24,000 nucleotides of DNA from Candidatus Binatia bacterium (GTDB lineage Bacteria > Desulfobacterota > Binatia > UBA9968), in NCBI GenBank assembly GCA_036555515.1, contig DATBLC010000195.1, positions 1 to 24,000 of the forward strand. Direction: 5' to 3'. Positions 15,595-24,000 of the stretch are shown here, one piece after another. The translations under genes and the position numbers were made by a program. Position 1 is the first letter of the stretch, and each line of letters opens with the position of its first letter. Below the pieces are notes generated by a model, which did not search any database, had not been told where the DNA came from, and worked only from the letters and a program-made list of their open reading frames with translations.

Positions 15595-16279
15595 CGCCCT
15601 GGCCGTCATGGCCAAAGCGCCGCTAGCCGGGCAAGTTAAGACCCGGTTAATGCCGGCCCTGAGCGCGGCGGAAGCCGCGGCTCTGGCGCGGGCTCTGCTG
15701 CTCGATCAACTGCGCCATCTCGCGGCGATAGCCGATGCAGATCTCTATCTCGCCTTCGCGCCGGCCACGGAGCGGGGATTATTTCAAGACATGGCTCCGC
15801 CCGGCTTTCGTTTGTTTCCGCAACAGGGCGCCGATCTCGGCGCACGGATGGCAAATGTCTTCGATACGCTACACGGCGTGGGCTACCGTAATATGGTTCT
15901 CATCGGCGGGGACCTTGCGCCGGTTCCTTTGGAGATTTTCGCCGAGGCGTTCGCTTTACTCGAAAATCGCCTTCAGCGCGTCGTCTTTGGACCAAGCCGC
16001 GATGGCGGCTATTATCTTGTCGGCTGCAATCATCCGCCGCCGCGCATTTTTGAGGGCATGAGCTGGAGCCATGGCGAAGTTTTAGCGCAGGCGCTGGCCG
16101 TGCTCGTCTCTCTGCAAATCGACGCGCACCTCCTGCCCATCTGGTTTGACATCGATACCGTGGATGATCTGCGCCATCTGCAATCCCTCTTGAACCCCGC
16201 GCTCGAAAAGACGCTGCCGAATACTTTGCCGCTGCTCCGGCGTTTGAATCCGGACAACAAAGCCGGTGGCGACCAATAA
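15584..16279 (+). CDS. DUF2064 / CofC-like nucleotidyl- or glycosyl-transferase-fold protein (TIGR04282-like, 'transferase 1, rSAM/selenodomain-associated')
   Basis: 231 aa from ATG 15584 (MRANALAVMAKAPLAGQVKTRL...), with GADLGARM, LIGGDLAPVP, GPSRDGGYYLVG, MSWSHGEVL and WFDIDTVDDL. It overlaps the upstream GT2 stop by 11 nt (ATGCGCGCTAA), implying translational coupling. Confidence 0.85.
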   Translation: MRANALAVMAKAPLAGQVKTRLMPALSAAEAAALARALLLDQLRHLAAIADADLYLAFAPATERGLFQDMAPPGFRLFPQQGADLGARMANVFDTLHGVGYRNMVLIGGDLAPVPLEIFAEAFALLENRLQRVVFGPSRDGGYYLVGCNHPPPRIFEGMSWSHGEVLAQALAVLVSLQIDAHLLPIWFDIDTVDDLRHLQSLLNPALEKTLPNTLPLLRRLNPDNKAGGDQ

Positions 16280-16953
16280 AATCGCCGTCTGTTCCCGCAA
16301 AACATTAGAGCGATTCCGGCAACGCGAGGACCGAAAAAGGCGAAGTCCCGCACGCAAAAGAGTAGCCGTTCTCCCTGCCACAGACGTGCCGGCTTGACGA
16401 ACTAAACTAATAGACTGACTTTCCAGAACTCCACCGCTGCAATTGTGGAATTCATCCCGGATTCCGCAGTTAAACCGAGGAGCCCGGAAGCGAGGTGGAA
16501 CATTGGAGTAGCGAAGGCGTCCAACTGTAAAATTCAAAGTCATTTCGCGCTTTGGGCACTTCGTTGTTCGATCTTTAACGTTCCATCCAAGCACCGCTGA
16601 TCGATGTCTGCTCAAAGGCAGACGGCATCTCCGCCACAGGCGGATCAGCCTTCGGCTGAGACTTCGCTATGGAAGGGTTCCGCGCTTCCTGCTGAGCAAG
16701 ACTCGGGTTCATAGTAGCGAGCTGGTGTGCGGATTTCTTTCCCTTCACCGTAGAGACAACGAACCTTAACCTTGCTACACTGATATAAGGCGTTACCATG
16801 ATGGTTACCTATGTAATCCTACTGTGATAAGATTTTTTAATCGCTCAAATACGTTAGCAGCCAGTCTACGAGTTTTCCGTGCTCACATGAAAAGACGCAA
16901 ATCTGCAGTCTCGTGATCCGGCTTGGGGTGGGAGTTTCGAGGGAGAAACGTTT

Positions 16954-19005
16954 ATGGAGCATTCGATCGATCAACTTTGCATTAACTCGATTCGCATGCT
17001 GGCCGTGGACGCGGTTGAAAAAGCCAAGTCGGGCCATCCTGGCGCTCCCATGGGCCTTGCGCCCGCGGCGTATGTGCTGTGGACGCGTTTTCTCAAACAC
17101 AATCCGAAAAAACCTTCATGGCCCGATCGCGACCGTTTCGTCCTCTCCGCCGGACACGCCTCCATGTTGCTTTACGGCATGCTCCACCTTACCGGGTACG
17201 ATCTTCCGCTCGAGCAGATCAAACAATTTCGCCAATGGGGAAGCCGCACGCCCGGCCATCCTGAGCGCAAGCTGACGCCAGGAGTAGAAACTACCACCGG
17301 ACCCCTTGGTCAAGGTTTCGGCAACGGCGTCGGCATGGCGATGGCGGAAGCGCATCTGTCGGCGCGTTACAACCGCCCGGGATTCGAGGTCGTCAATCAC
17401 TTTACCTATGGCATCGTCAGCGACGGCGACTTGATGGAAGGCGTGGCGGCGGAAGCCGCCAGCCTCGCCGGCCATCTGAAACTGGGCAAATTGATTTATC
17501 TCTACGACAACAACCATATTTCGCTGGCTGCCTCCACTGACTTGACGTTCACGGAGAACTGCGCGATGCGGTTCGAGGCCTATGGCTGGCATACCCAGAC
17601 GGTAGACGATGGCAACGACGTTGGCGCGATCGGCCAGGCGCTCAGCGCCGCGCAGAGCGAAACGACGCGGCCATCGCTGATTATTTTACGCACACATATC
17701 GGCTACGGATCGCCGGGCAAACAGGACAGTTTCGATGCGCATGGGGCGCCTTTGGGCGAAGCGGAAGTCAAGCTGACGAAAAAAAATCTGGGCTGGCCGG
17801 CCGAGCCGCCGTTTTCCATTCCGGATGAGGCGTTGGCTCGTTTTCGCGAGGCGTTAGGCAAGGGAGAGCGGGCCGAGGCGGACTGGAACCAGATGTTCTC
17901 CGCCTATGCGAGGGAATTCCCTGACATGGCGAAAGAGCTGGAGGAAGCATTCCGCGGCGTTTTGCCGACGGGCTGGGAAGAAGCGATTCCTGAATTTCCT
18001 CCGGATACGAAAGGACTGGCGACCCGCGTCGCATCGGGGAAAGTCCTCGACGCGTTAGCGTCCAAGCTGCCGACGTTAATCGGTGGCTCGGCGGATTTGA
18101 ATCCATCGACGTATACCGTGCTGCACAAGCTGGGCGATTTTCAAAGCCCGCAGAGAAAGTGCACCGATAGCCAGGGGGCGGCGGGCGGCGGTTGGGCTTA
18201 CAGCGGGCGCAACTTGCACTTCGGAGTGCGCGAGCATGGCATGGGCGCGGCGCTCAACGGTATGGCGGCCCATGGCGGAATCATTCCCTTCGGCTCGACC
18301 TTCCTCATATTTTCCGATTACCTGCGCCCAGCGATTAGGCTCGCAGCGCTGATGGAGCTGGGCGTCGTCTACGTTTTTACCCATGATAGCATCGGGGTCG
18401 GGGAAGACGGCCCGACACACCAACCGGTCGAACAATTGACCGCGCTGCGCGCCATACCGCGCCTGGTCGTAATTCGTCCGTGCGACGCCAATGAGACCGC
18501 CGTGGCGTGGCGCGTCGCCATCGAGAGTCGCGACGCTCCGGTGGCGCTGGCGTTGACGCGTCAGAATGTGCCCACCCTCGATCGCACACAGTTCGCTGCG
18601 TCCGGCGGGCTGCGACAAGGAGCTTATGTCCTGGTCGATGCGCCGGACGGTAGGCCCGATATTGTATTGATCGGCAGTGGATCCGAGGTGCCCTTGGTCG
18701 TCGCGGCGCGGGAAAAGCTCTCGGAGCGAAAAATTCAGGCTCGTGTTGTTTCCATGCCCAGCTGGGAGCTCTTCGATGCGCAGCCTCGGCAGTATCGCGA
18801 CTCGGTCTTGCCCCGGTCCGTACCCGCGCGGTTGGCGGTGGAAGCTGCTCTGCCGCAAGGGTGGCATCGCTATGTCGGCGACAGCGGCGATGTCATCGGC
18901 GTGGAGCGGTTCGGCGCCTCTGCCCCCGGAAACGTTGTATTGGAGAGATTGGGTTTTACCGTAAATCACGTCGTGGAACGCGCGCTAGCGCTGGTGGGAA
19001 GATAG
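16954..19005 (+). CDS. tkt: transketolase
   Basis: 683 aa. [78 protein letters not shown] upstream. Confidence 0.95.
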   Translation: MEHSIDQLCINSIRMLAVDAVEKAKSGHPGAPMGLAPAAYVLWTRFLKHNPKKPSWPDRDRFVLSAGHASMLLYGMLHLTGYDLPLEQIKQFRQWGSRTPGHPERKLTPGVETTTGPLGQGFGNGVGMAMAEAHLSARYNRPGFEVVNHFTYGIVSDGDLMEGVAAEAASLAGHLKLGKLIYLYDNNHISLAASTDLTFTENCAMRFEAYGWHTQTVDDGNDVGAIGQALSAAQSETTRPSLIILRTHIGYGSPGKQDSFDAHGAPLGEAEVKLTKKNLGWPAEPPFSIPDEALARFREALGKGERAEADWNQMFSAYAREFPDMAKELEEAFRGVLPTGWEEAIPEFPPDTKGLATRVASGKVLDALASKLPTLIGGSADLNPSTYTVLHKLGDFQSPQRKCTDSQGAAGGGWAYSGRNLHFGVREHGMGAALNGMAAHGGIIPFGSTFLIFSDYLRPAIRLAALMELGVVYVFTHDSIGVGEDGPTHQPVEQLTALRAIPRLVVIRPCDANETAVAWRVAIESRDAPVALALTRQNVPTLDRTQFAASGGLRQGAYVLVDAPDGRPDIVLIGSGSEVPLVVAAREKLSERKIQARVVSMPSWELFDAQPRQYRDSVLPRSVPARLAVEAALPQGWHRYVGDSGDVIGVERFGASAPGNVVLERLGFTVNHVVERALALVGR

Positions 19006-19008
19006 GCA

Positions 19009-19482
19009 ATGCGAATCGTCATCGGCGCCGATCACGCGGGTTTCGAGCTGAAACAAAATCTCCGGGAGTATTTGCGTCACCTCGGCCACGAAGTCATAGA
19101 CGCGGGAACCGATAGCGCCGACGCCGTGGATTATCCAGATTGCGCCGAGGCGTTGAGCAAGGTGCTCTTGAACGGCGCCGCGGAGCGCGCTGTGTTTATC
19201 TGCGGCAGCGGCGTGGGCGCATCGGTATCGGCGAATAAAATCCCAGGCATTCGCGCCGGGCTTTGTCACGACACCTATGCCGCGCGCCAGGGGGTGGAGC
19301 ACGACGATATGAACGTTCTCGTGCTTGGCGCCCGTGTCATCGGCGTCGCGCTGGCGCACGAGTTGGTGAACAATTTCCTGGCGGCGGAATTCTGTGGCGA
19401 AGAGCGCCACCGCCGGCGCGTCGAAAAGATCAAAGCGTTGGAAAATCGTTACTGCAAACCGGCATTGGGGGAAACGGAATGA
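19009..19482 (+). CDS. rpiB: ribose-5-phosphate isomerase B
   Basis: 157 aa. [48 protein letters not shown]. Starts 3 nt after the tkt stop. Confidence 0.9.
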   Translation: MRIVIGADHAGFELKQNLREYLRHLGHEVIDAGTDSADAVDYPDCAEALSKVLLNGAAERAVFICGSGVGASVSANKIPGIRAGLCHDTYAARQGVEHDDMNVLVLGARVIGVALAHELVNNFLAAEFCGEERHRRRVEKIKALENRYCKPALGETE

Positions 19483-22241
19483 ATCCGCTGAGAGAACTTT
19501 TAGGACAGGGACAGTCCGTCTGGCTCGATTACATCCGGCGCAACTTGATCCGCAGCGGCGAGCTGAAACGGCTGGTCGAAGAGGACGGCATCCGCGGCGT
19601 CACCAGCAACCCAACGATATTCGAGAAAGCCATCGCCGGCAGCACGGACTACGACGAAGCCTTGGCCGCCCTGCTAGCGCGCGACCCCAAGGCCCCCATC
19701 GAGAAACTCTATGAGACGCTCGCCATTGAAGACATTCAGATGGCCGCCGATCTCTTAAGCCCCGTGTACCATGAGACTCAGGGCGCGGACGGTTTTGTGA
19801 GCCTGGAGGTGTCGCCCCATCTCGCCAACGACACTCAGAGCACCATAAGCGAAGCGAAACGCTTGAAGGCCGCTGTGAACCGGCCGAATTTGATGATCAA
19901 AGTCCCCGCCACCCCTGCCGGTATACCTGCCATTGAAGAACTCATCGCAGAGGGCATCAACGTTAACATTACCCTCATGTTCTCCATGAGGCACTACGAG
20001 GCGGTGACTCGCGCGTATATAAAAGGTTTGGAACGCTGCGCTGACCCGTCAAAGGTCGCGTCCGTGGCTTCATTTTTTGTCAGCCGGGTCGATACGATGG
20101 TGGATCGCGCGCTGGAAAGTGTAGGGACGCCGCAAGCCCTGAGCCTCCTGGGCAAGATCGCCATCGCCAACTCTAAGTTGGTCTACGACCGGTTCCGCGA
20201 GACCTTTCACGGCGAGGGTTTTGTTTCCCTACGGCAGCGTGGGGCCCGGGTGCAAAGACCGCTTTGGGCCAGCACTAGTACGAAGAATCCGAAATATTCC
20301 GACATTATGTACGTGGATAATCTCATCGGTCCCGAAACGGTCAATACGCTCCCGCCTGAAACGCTAAACGCGTTCAAGGATCATGGCAGAGTGATTGACA
20401 GCTCGGTCAGAGAAAATCTCGATGAGGCCGCGGCGGCGTTGGCTCGGCTGCAAGCGGTGGGAATCGATCTCAATATCATCGGCGAAAAGCTGCAGCAGGA
20501 TGGCGTCGCCGCTTTCGCCGCGTCCTTCGACGCGCTGCTTTCGGCGCTGGAGAATAAGCGCCAATCGATGGTCGGCACGGGACTAAACCGCCAGGAGCTG
20601 GACCTGGGAAAATATCACGGCCGGGTCCAGCGGCGCCTAAAAACTTGGCAGACGGCGGGGTTGGCCGGCCGGTTATGGCGAAAAGACTGGACGATCTGGT
20701 CGGCCGCGCCGCAACCCGAACTGTCGGACCGCCTCGGCTGGTTGGACTTGCCGGAAACGATGGCAAAACACGCTGCTGATCTGGCTGCCTTCGCGGGCAA
20801 AGCGAAGGCCGACGGTATTCGCCATGTCGTGCTTCTCGGCATGGGGGGATCGAGCCTCGCGCCCGAGGTCTTTCAGAAGACTTTCGGCAATGCGCCCGGT
20901 TATCCAGAGCTAGTGATGCTCGACAGCACACATCCCGGCGCAGTGAAAGGCGTGGAAGCGAGAATTGATCTAGCCAGGAGCTTATTTCTAGTTTCGAGCA
21001 AGTCGGGCACGACCACGGAGACCAATTCTTTCTTCTTCTACTTCTGGGACAAATTGAAACGGCTCAAGGATGAGCCCGGCCAACATTTCGTTGCCGTCAC
21101 CGATCCGGGCACGCCGCTGGAGAGGCTCGCAGCGGAAAGAAAATTCCGCGCCACTTTCAATGCGCCAGAAGAAGTCGGCGGCCGCTATTCCGCCCTTACC
21201 GTGTTTGGCTTGGTTCCGGCGGCGCTGATCGGCGTCGATATCGGCGCGCTGCTGGCGCGCACCCGTTGCATGAGTGATGGCTGTGGTGCTCTGGTGGAAG
21301 AGAGTCAAAATCCCGCGCTGGCGTTGGGCGCGGCGCTGGGAGAACTTGCGCTGGCGAAGCGCGACAAAGTAACGTTTCTGTGCTCGCCGTTGCTGAGCGC
21401 TTTTCCCGATTGGGTGGAGCAGCTGATCGCCGAAAGCACGGGCAAAGAAAAAAGGGGCATCGTGCCGGTAGCCAATGAAGGCGTGGGCGCGCCCGATAAG
21501 TATGGCGACGATCGTTTCTTTGTTTACTTGCGCTTGGAGGGCGACGAGAATCACGGCCTCGATCGCCAGGTGGCGGCGCTGCAGGCGAACAGCCACCCGG
21601 TGGTGCGCATTGATCTAAGTGACAAGCTCGACCTCGGCCAGGAGTTTTTCCGGTGGGAGTTCGCCGTCGCGGCCGCGGGCGCGGCCATCGGCATCCATCC
21701 ATTCAATCAGCCCGACGTTCAACTCGCCAAGGACTTGGCCAAGAAAGCAATGAGCGAGGGCGCGGGCGGCAAAAAAGCGAGCGCGATGCTGAGAGATGAA
21801 GTTACCGCTAGCGACGCGGGCCAATTGCGTCAAGCGGTCGCTTCATGGCTGGGCAAGAAAAAGGCGCGCGATTATGTCGCGGTTCAGGCCTACCTGATGC
21901 CCTCGCCCGAATACGCCGCAAAGTTACGGCATGTCGCAGCGATTATCCGCGACCGGCTCGGGGGGGCCACGACGATCGGTTTTGGCCCGCGCTTTCTCCA
22001 TTCAACCGGGCAGCTCCATAAAGGCGGGCCGAATTCTGTATTGGTATTACAGATCGTCGATCGGCCTGCCGACAATTTGGCCGTGCCAGAGACGAACTAC
22101 ACGTTCGACGCGTTAATTCAGGCCCAGGCGCTGGGCGATTTGGCGGCGCTCAGGCAACGGCGGCGGCGTGTGCTCAGAGTCAATCTCGGCGGCGAAATTT
22201 TGGCTGGATTGGATCTATTAGCGCAGGCTTTGCAAGCATAG
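19479..22241 (+). CDS. tal-pgi: bifunctional transaldolase / glucose-6-phosphate isomerase fusion
   Basis: 920 aa from ATG 19479, which overlaps the rpiB stop as ATGA. N-terminal transaldolase blocks [38 protein letters not shown]. The C-terminal PGI-like half has [22 protein letters not shown] and GGRYSALT. The tracked ORF start 19263 is an out-of-frame overlap with rpiB. Confidence 0.9.
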   Translation: MNPLRELLGQGQSVWLDYIRRNLIRSGELKRLVEEDGIRGVTSNPTIFEKAIAGSTDYDEALAALLARDPKAPIEKLYETLAIEDIQMAADLLSPVYHETQGADGFVSLEVSPHLANDTQSTISEAKRLKAAVNRPNLMIKVPATPAGIPAIEELIAEGINVNITLMFSMRHYEAVTRAYIKGLERCADPSKVASVASFFVSRVDTMVDRALESVGTPQALSLLGKIAIANSKLVYDRFRETFHGEGFVSLRQRGARVQRPLWASTSTKNPKYSDIMYVDNLIGPETVNTLPPETLNAFKDHGRVIDSSVRENLDEAAAALARLQAVGIDLNIIGEKLQQDGVAAFAASFDALLSALENKRQSMVGTGLNRQELDLGKYHGRVQRRLKTWQTAGLAGRLWRKDWTIWSAAPQPELSDRLGWLDLPETMAKHAADLAAFAGKAKADGIRHVVLLGMGGSSLAPEVFQKTFGNAPGYPELVMLDSTHPGAVKGVEARIDLARSLFLVSSKSGTTTETNSFFFYFWDKLKRLKDEPGQHFVAVTDPGTPLERLAAERKFRATFNAPEEVGGRYSALTVFGLVPAALIGVDIGALLARTRCMSDGCGALVEESQNPALALGAALGELALAKRDKVTFLCSPLLSAFPDWVEQLIAESTGKEKRGIVPVANEGVGAPDKYGDDRFFVYLRLEGDENHGLDRQVAALQANSHPVVRIDLSDKLDLGQEFFRWEFAVAAAGAAIGIHPFNQPDVQLAKDLAKKAMSEGAGGKKASAMLRDEVTASDAGQLRQAVASWLGKKKARDYVAVQAYLMPSPEYAAKLRHVAAIIRDRLGGATTIGFGPRFLHSTGQLHKGGPNSVLVLQIVDRPADNLAVPETNYTFDALIQAQALGDLAALRQRRRRVLRVNLGGEILAGLDLLAQALQA

Positions 22242-22280
22242 TAATTGATTCTGAAAAACCCTAAGAATGCTTCGACTGAC

Positions 22281-22355
22281 GCTCAGCATGAACGGAAAAT
22301 GTCTCATGATCTTAGCTTCTCCACCGTTCGTCCTGAGCTCTCGAAGGATGAACGG
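22281..22355. repeat. three-arm REP-like palindromic element
   Basis: Arm A is GCTCAGCATGAACGG (22281-22295), arm B is CCGTTCGTCCTGAGC (22324-22338), and arm A' is AGGATGAACGG (22345-22355). B is complementary to A at 13 Watson-Crick pairs plus 1 G-U out of 15. B (22324-22334) is also complementary to A' at 10 Watson-Crick pairs plus 1 G-U out of 11. Confidence 0.55.
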
Positions 22356-22405
22356 TGGGTTTTGTAGCGGAATCCTACTGAGTCCCCACGGAAGGAGGAA
22401 CGACC

Positions 22406-23302
22406 ATGGAACTGGGCATGATTGGTCTCGGCCGTATGGGCGCCAACATGACCGAACGGCTTGTGCTCGGCGGCCACCGAGTGGTCAGTTACGACCGCAA
22501 CCCCGAGGCGATTCAAAATGTCGTCGACAAAGGCGCTGTGGGGGCCCGTTCGCTTGCCGATTTCGTCAATCAGCTGAGTTTGCCTCGCGCCATCTGGCTG
22601 ATGGTTCCATCGGGAGATCCCGTCGATCAGACCATCGAGCAGTTGTGCGTGAGTTTAGCCAAGGGTGACGTCATCGTTGATGGTGGTAACTCCAACTACA
22701 AAGATTCGATCCGCCGCGCCGAGAAGCTCAGAGAGCAAGGCCTCTATTTCGTTGACGCCGGCACCAGCGGCGGCATCTGGGGTTTGAAGGTCGGCTACTG
22801 CATGATGGTCGGCGGCGACAAAGAAATCGTCGAGCGGCTGGTGCCGATTTTTGAAACTCTCGCGCCCAAAGACGGCTATCTCCACGCTGGGCCCAGCGGC
22901 GCGGGTCATTTCGTCAAGATGATTCATAACGGCGTCGAGTACGGCATTATGCAGGCCTACGGTGAGGGATTTGAACTGCTCAAAGCGTCTCAATTCGATC
23001 TCGACCTGGGAAAAATCGCACATCTGTGGAACCAGGGCAGTGTCGTGCGCTCGTGGCTCTTGGAACTCTGCGAGAGCGCCTTCGCCAAAGACCCGCATCT
23101 TTCATCCGTCAAGGGTTACGTCGAAGATTCCGGCGAGGGACGCTGGACGGTCGAGGAAGCGATTGACCGAAGCGTGCCCGCGCCGGTGCTGACGCTCTCG
23201 CTCTTCGCGCGTTTTGCTTCGCGCCAAGAGGATTCCTTTGCCGCCAAAGTCACCGCCGCGCTGCGCAATGAGTTTGGCGGCCATGCCGTAAGAAAAGACT
23301 AA
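22406..23302 (+). CDS. gnd: 6-phosphogluconate dehydrogenase, decarboxylating, short (about 300 aa) form
   Basis: 298 aa. MIGLGRMGANMTERL (Rossmann), DGGNSNYKDS, GTSGGIWG, GAGHFVKMIHNGVEYG. Strong RBS GGAAGGAGGA upstream. Confidence 0.9.
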   Translation: MELGMIGLGRMGANMTERLVLGGHRVVSYDRNPEAIQNVVDKGAVGARSLADFVNQLSLPRAIWLMVPSGDPVDQTIEQLCVSLAKGDVIVDGGNSNYKDSIRRAEKLREQGLYFVDAGTSGGIWGLKVGYCMMVGGDKEIVERLVPIFETLAPKDGYLHAGPSGAGHFVKMIHNGVEYGIMQAYGEGFELLKASQFDLDLGKIAHLWNQGSVVRSWLLELCESAFAKDPHLSSVKGYVEDSGEGRWTVEEAIDRSVPAPVLTLSLFARFASRQEDSFAAKVTAALRNEFGGHAVRKD

Positions 23303-23309
23303 ACGGCGA

Positions 23310-24000
23310 TGGCGAGCGACCCGCACTACTATTTGCCGCAAGGTTTTGCCCAGGCGAAAAAACCCCACGCCTGCGTGGTGACGATCTTCGGCGCGTCCGG
23401 CGACCTCACCAAACGCAAACTCATTCCCGCGCTTTATAATCTCGCTTTGGAAAAGCGCCTGCCGGAGCGCTGCGCCGTGGTCGGTTACGCGCGCAGCGAA
23501 ATGAGCGACGATGCCTTCCGGGAAAAAATGCGCGAAGCGGTGAGTGAATATTCTCGCACCGGCTTGAAAGACGAAAGCGCCTGGCACCAGTTCGCGTCCA
23601 CGCTTTACTACGTCCGCGGCGGCTACGAGGACGACGAGGACTACCGGCGCCTGAGAGAATTCATCGATGGCTTCGACAAGGGCAGCCGCGTCTTACCCGC
23701 CCGGGCGTTTTATCTAGCGACGCCGCCGGAGCTTTACGGCCATGTGGTGCAACGCATCTCCGCGGCGGGACTTACCCCCAGAGAGAGCGACGGCGTGCCG
23801 AGGGCGCGAGTAGTTATTGAAAAACCCTTCGGCACCGATCTACGGAGCGCGCGGGAACTCAATCGCGGCATCCACCAGACGCTGGACGAAAGCCAGATTT
23901 ATCGCATCGACCATTATCTCGGCAAAGAAACGGTGCAAAACATTATGGTCTTTCGCTTCGCCAACGCCGTCTTCGAGCCGATCTGGAACCGGCGCTACGT
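23310..24000 (+). CDS. zwf: glucose-6-phosphate 1-dehydrogenase, N-terminal part (3' end outside window)
   Basis: ATG 23310, open to the window end, so absent from the ORF track. FGASGDLTKRKLIPALY, VVIEKPFG and the signature RIDHYLGKE. Confidence 0.95.

Noticed and set aside
16540-16580. Possible tRNA because of a GTTCGATC T-loop-like string (16566-16573)
   Set aside because: Flanking bases cannot form a T-arm or an acceptor stem. No cloverleaf can be drawn on either strand.
19263-19478. Upstream extension of the tal-pgi ORF ([15 protein letters not shown]...)
   Set aside because: It overlaps rpiB in another frame, has an Arg/Pro/Gly-rich composition typical of off-frame translation of GC-rich coding DNA, and transaldolase homology begins at MNPLRELL (ATG 19479).
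1-24000. Genomic island, prophage, defence system or CRISPR content
   Set aside because: No integrase, transposase or phage genes, no direct-repeat/spacer arrays, no tRNA attachment sites and no nuclease, ATPase or toxin-like ORFs were seen. The gene content is metabolic and housekeeping throughout.

Overview
Densely coding, moderately GC-rich bacterial chromosomal segment, probably from an uncultured environmental lineage; taxonomy cannot be assigned from sequence alone. I recognised no rRNA, tRNA, CRISPR array, transposase or integrase. There are four blocks. (A) 1-5264: the 3' part of a solute-binding protein gene, then a minus-strand cluster of two ornithine-cyclodeaminase/mu-crystallin paralogs, an M24 pita-bread metallohydrolase and an isochorismatase-family amidohydrolase. 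This looks like a catabolic module for an unidentified cyclic imino-acid or ureido/guanidino compound. (B) 5516-7658: housekeeping genes, namely a 7Fe ferredoxin, ybeY, and prfB with a textbook +1 programmed frameshift (GGAGG-CGG-CTT-TGA-C). (C) 8079-16279: the most interesting part, a seven-gene plus-strand cluster. It encodes an ArsM-like As(III) SAM-methyltransferase, an ArsS-type radical-SAM/Cys-rich (DUF3641) enzyme, a divergent PiT-family anion transporter, a TVP38/DedA membrane domain fused to an FAD disulfide reductase, a secreted DUF547 protein, a GT2 transferase and a DUF2064/CofC-like transferase. Only the first two activities have known chemistry (the start of arsenosugar synthesis). 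The other five genes look like an uncharacterised downstream organo-arsenical (or organo-selenium) tailoring and export system. (D) 16954-24000: a pentose-phosphate operon, tkt-rpiB-(tal-pgi fusion)-gnd-zwf, with zwf truncated by the window end. The cluster in (C) is bracketed by unusually long, repeat- and hairpin-rich spacers (about 420 nt and about 670 nt) and contains a 322-nt internal spacer with a 12-bp long-range helix. Several REP-like palindromic elements and a 9-bp-periodic CGTTCAA repeat sit in intergenic regions. All family assignments are motif recognition by eye and need HMM or BLAST confirmation.
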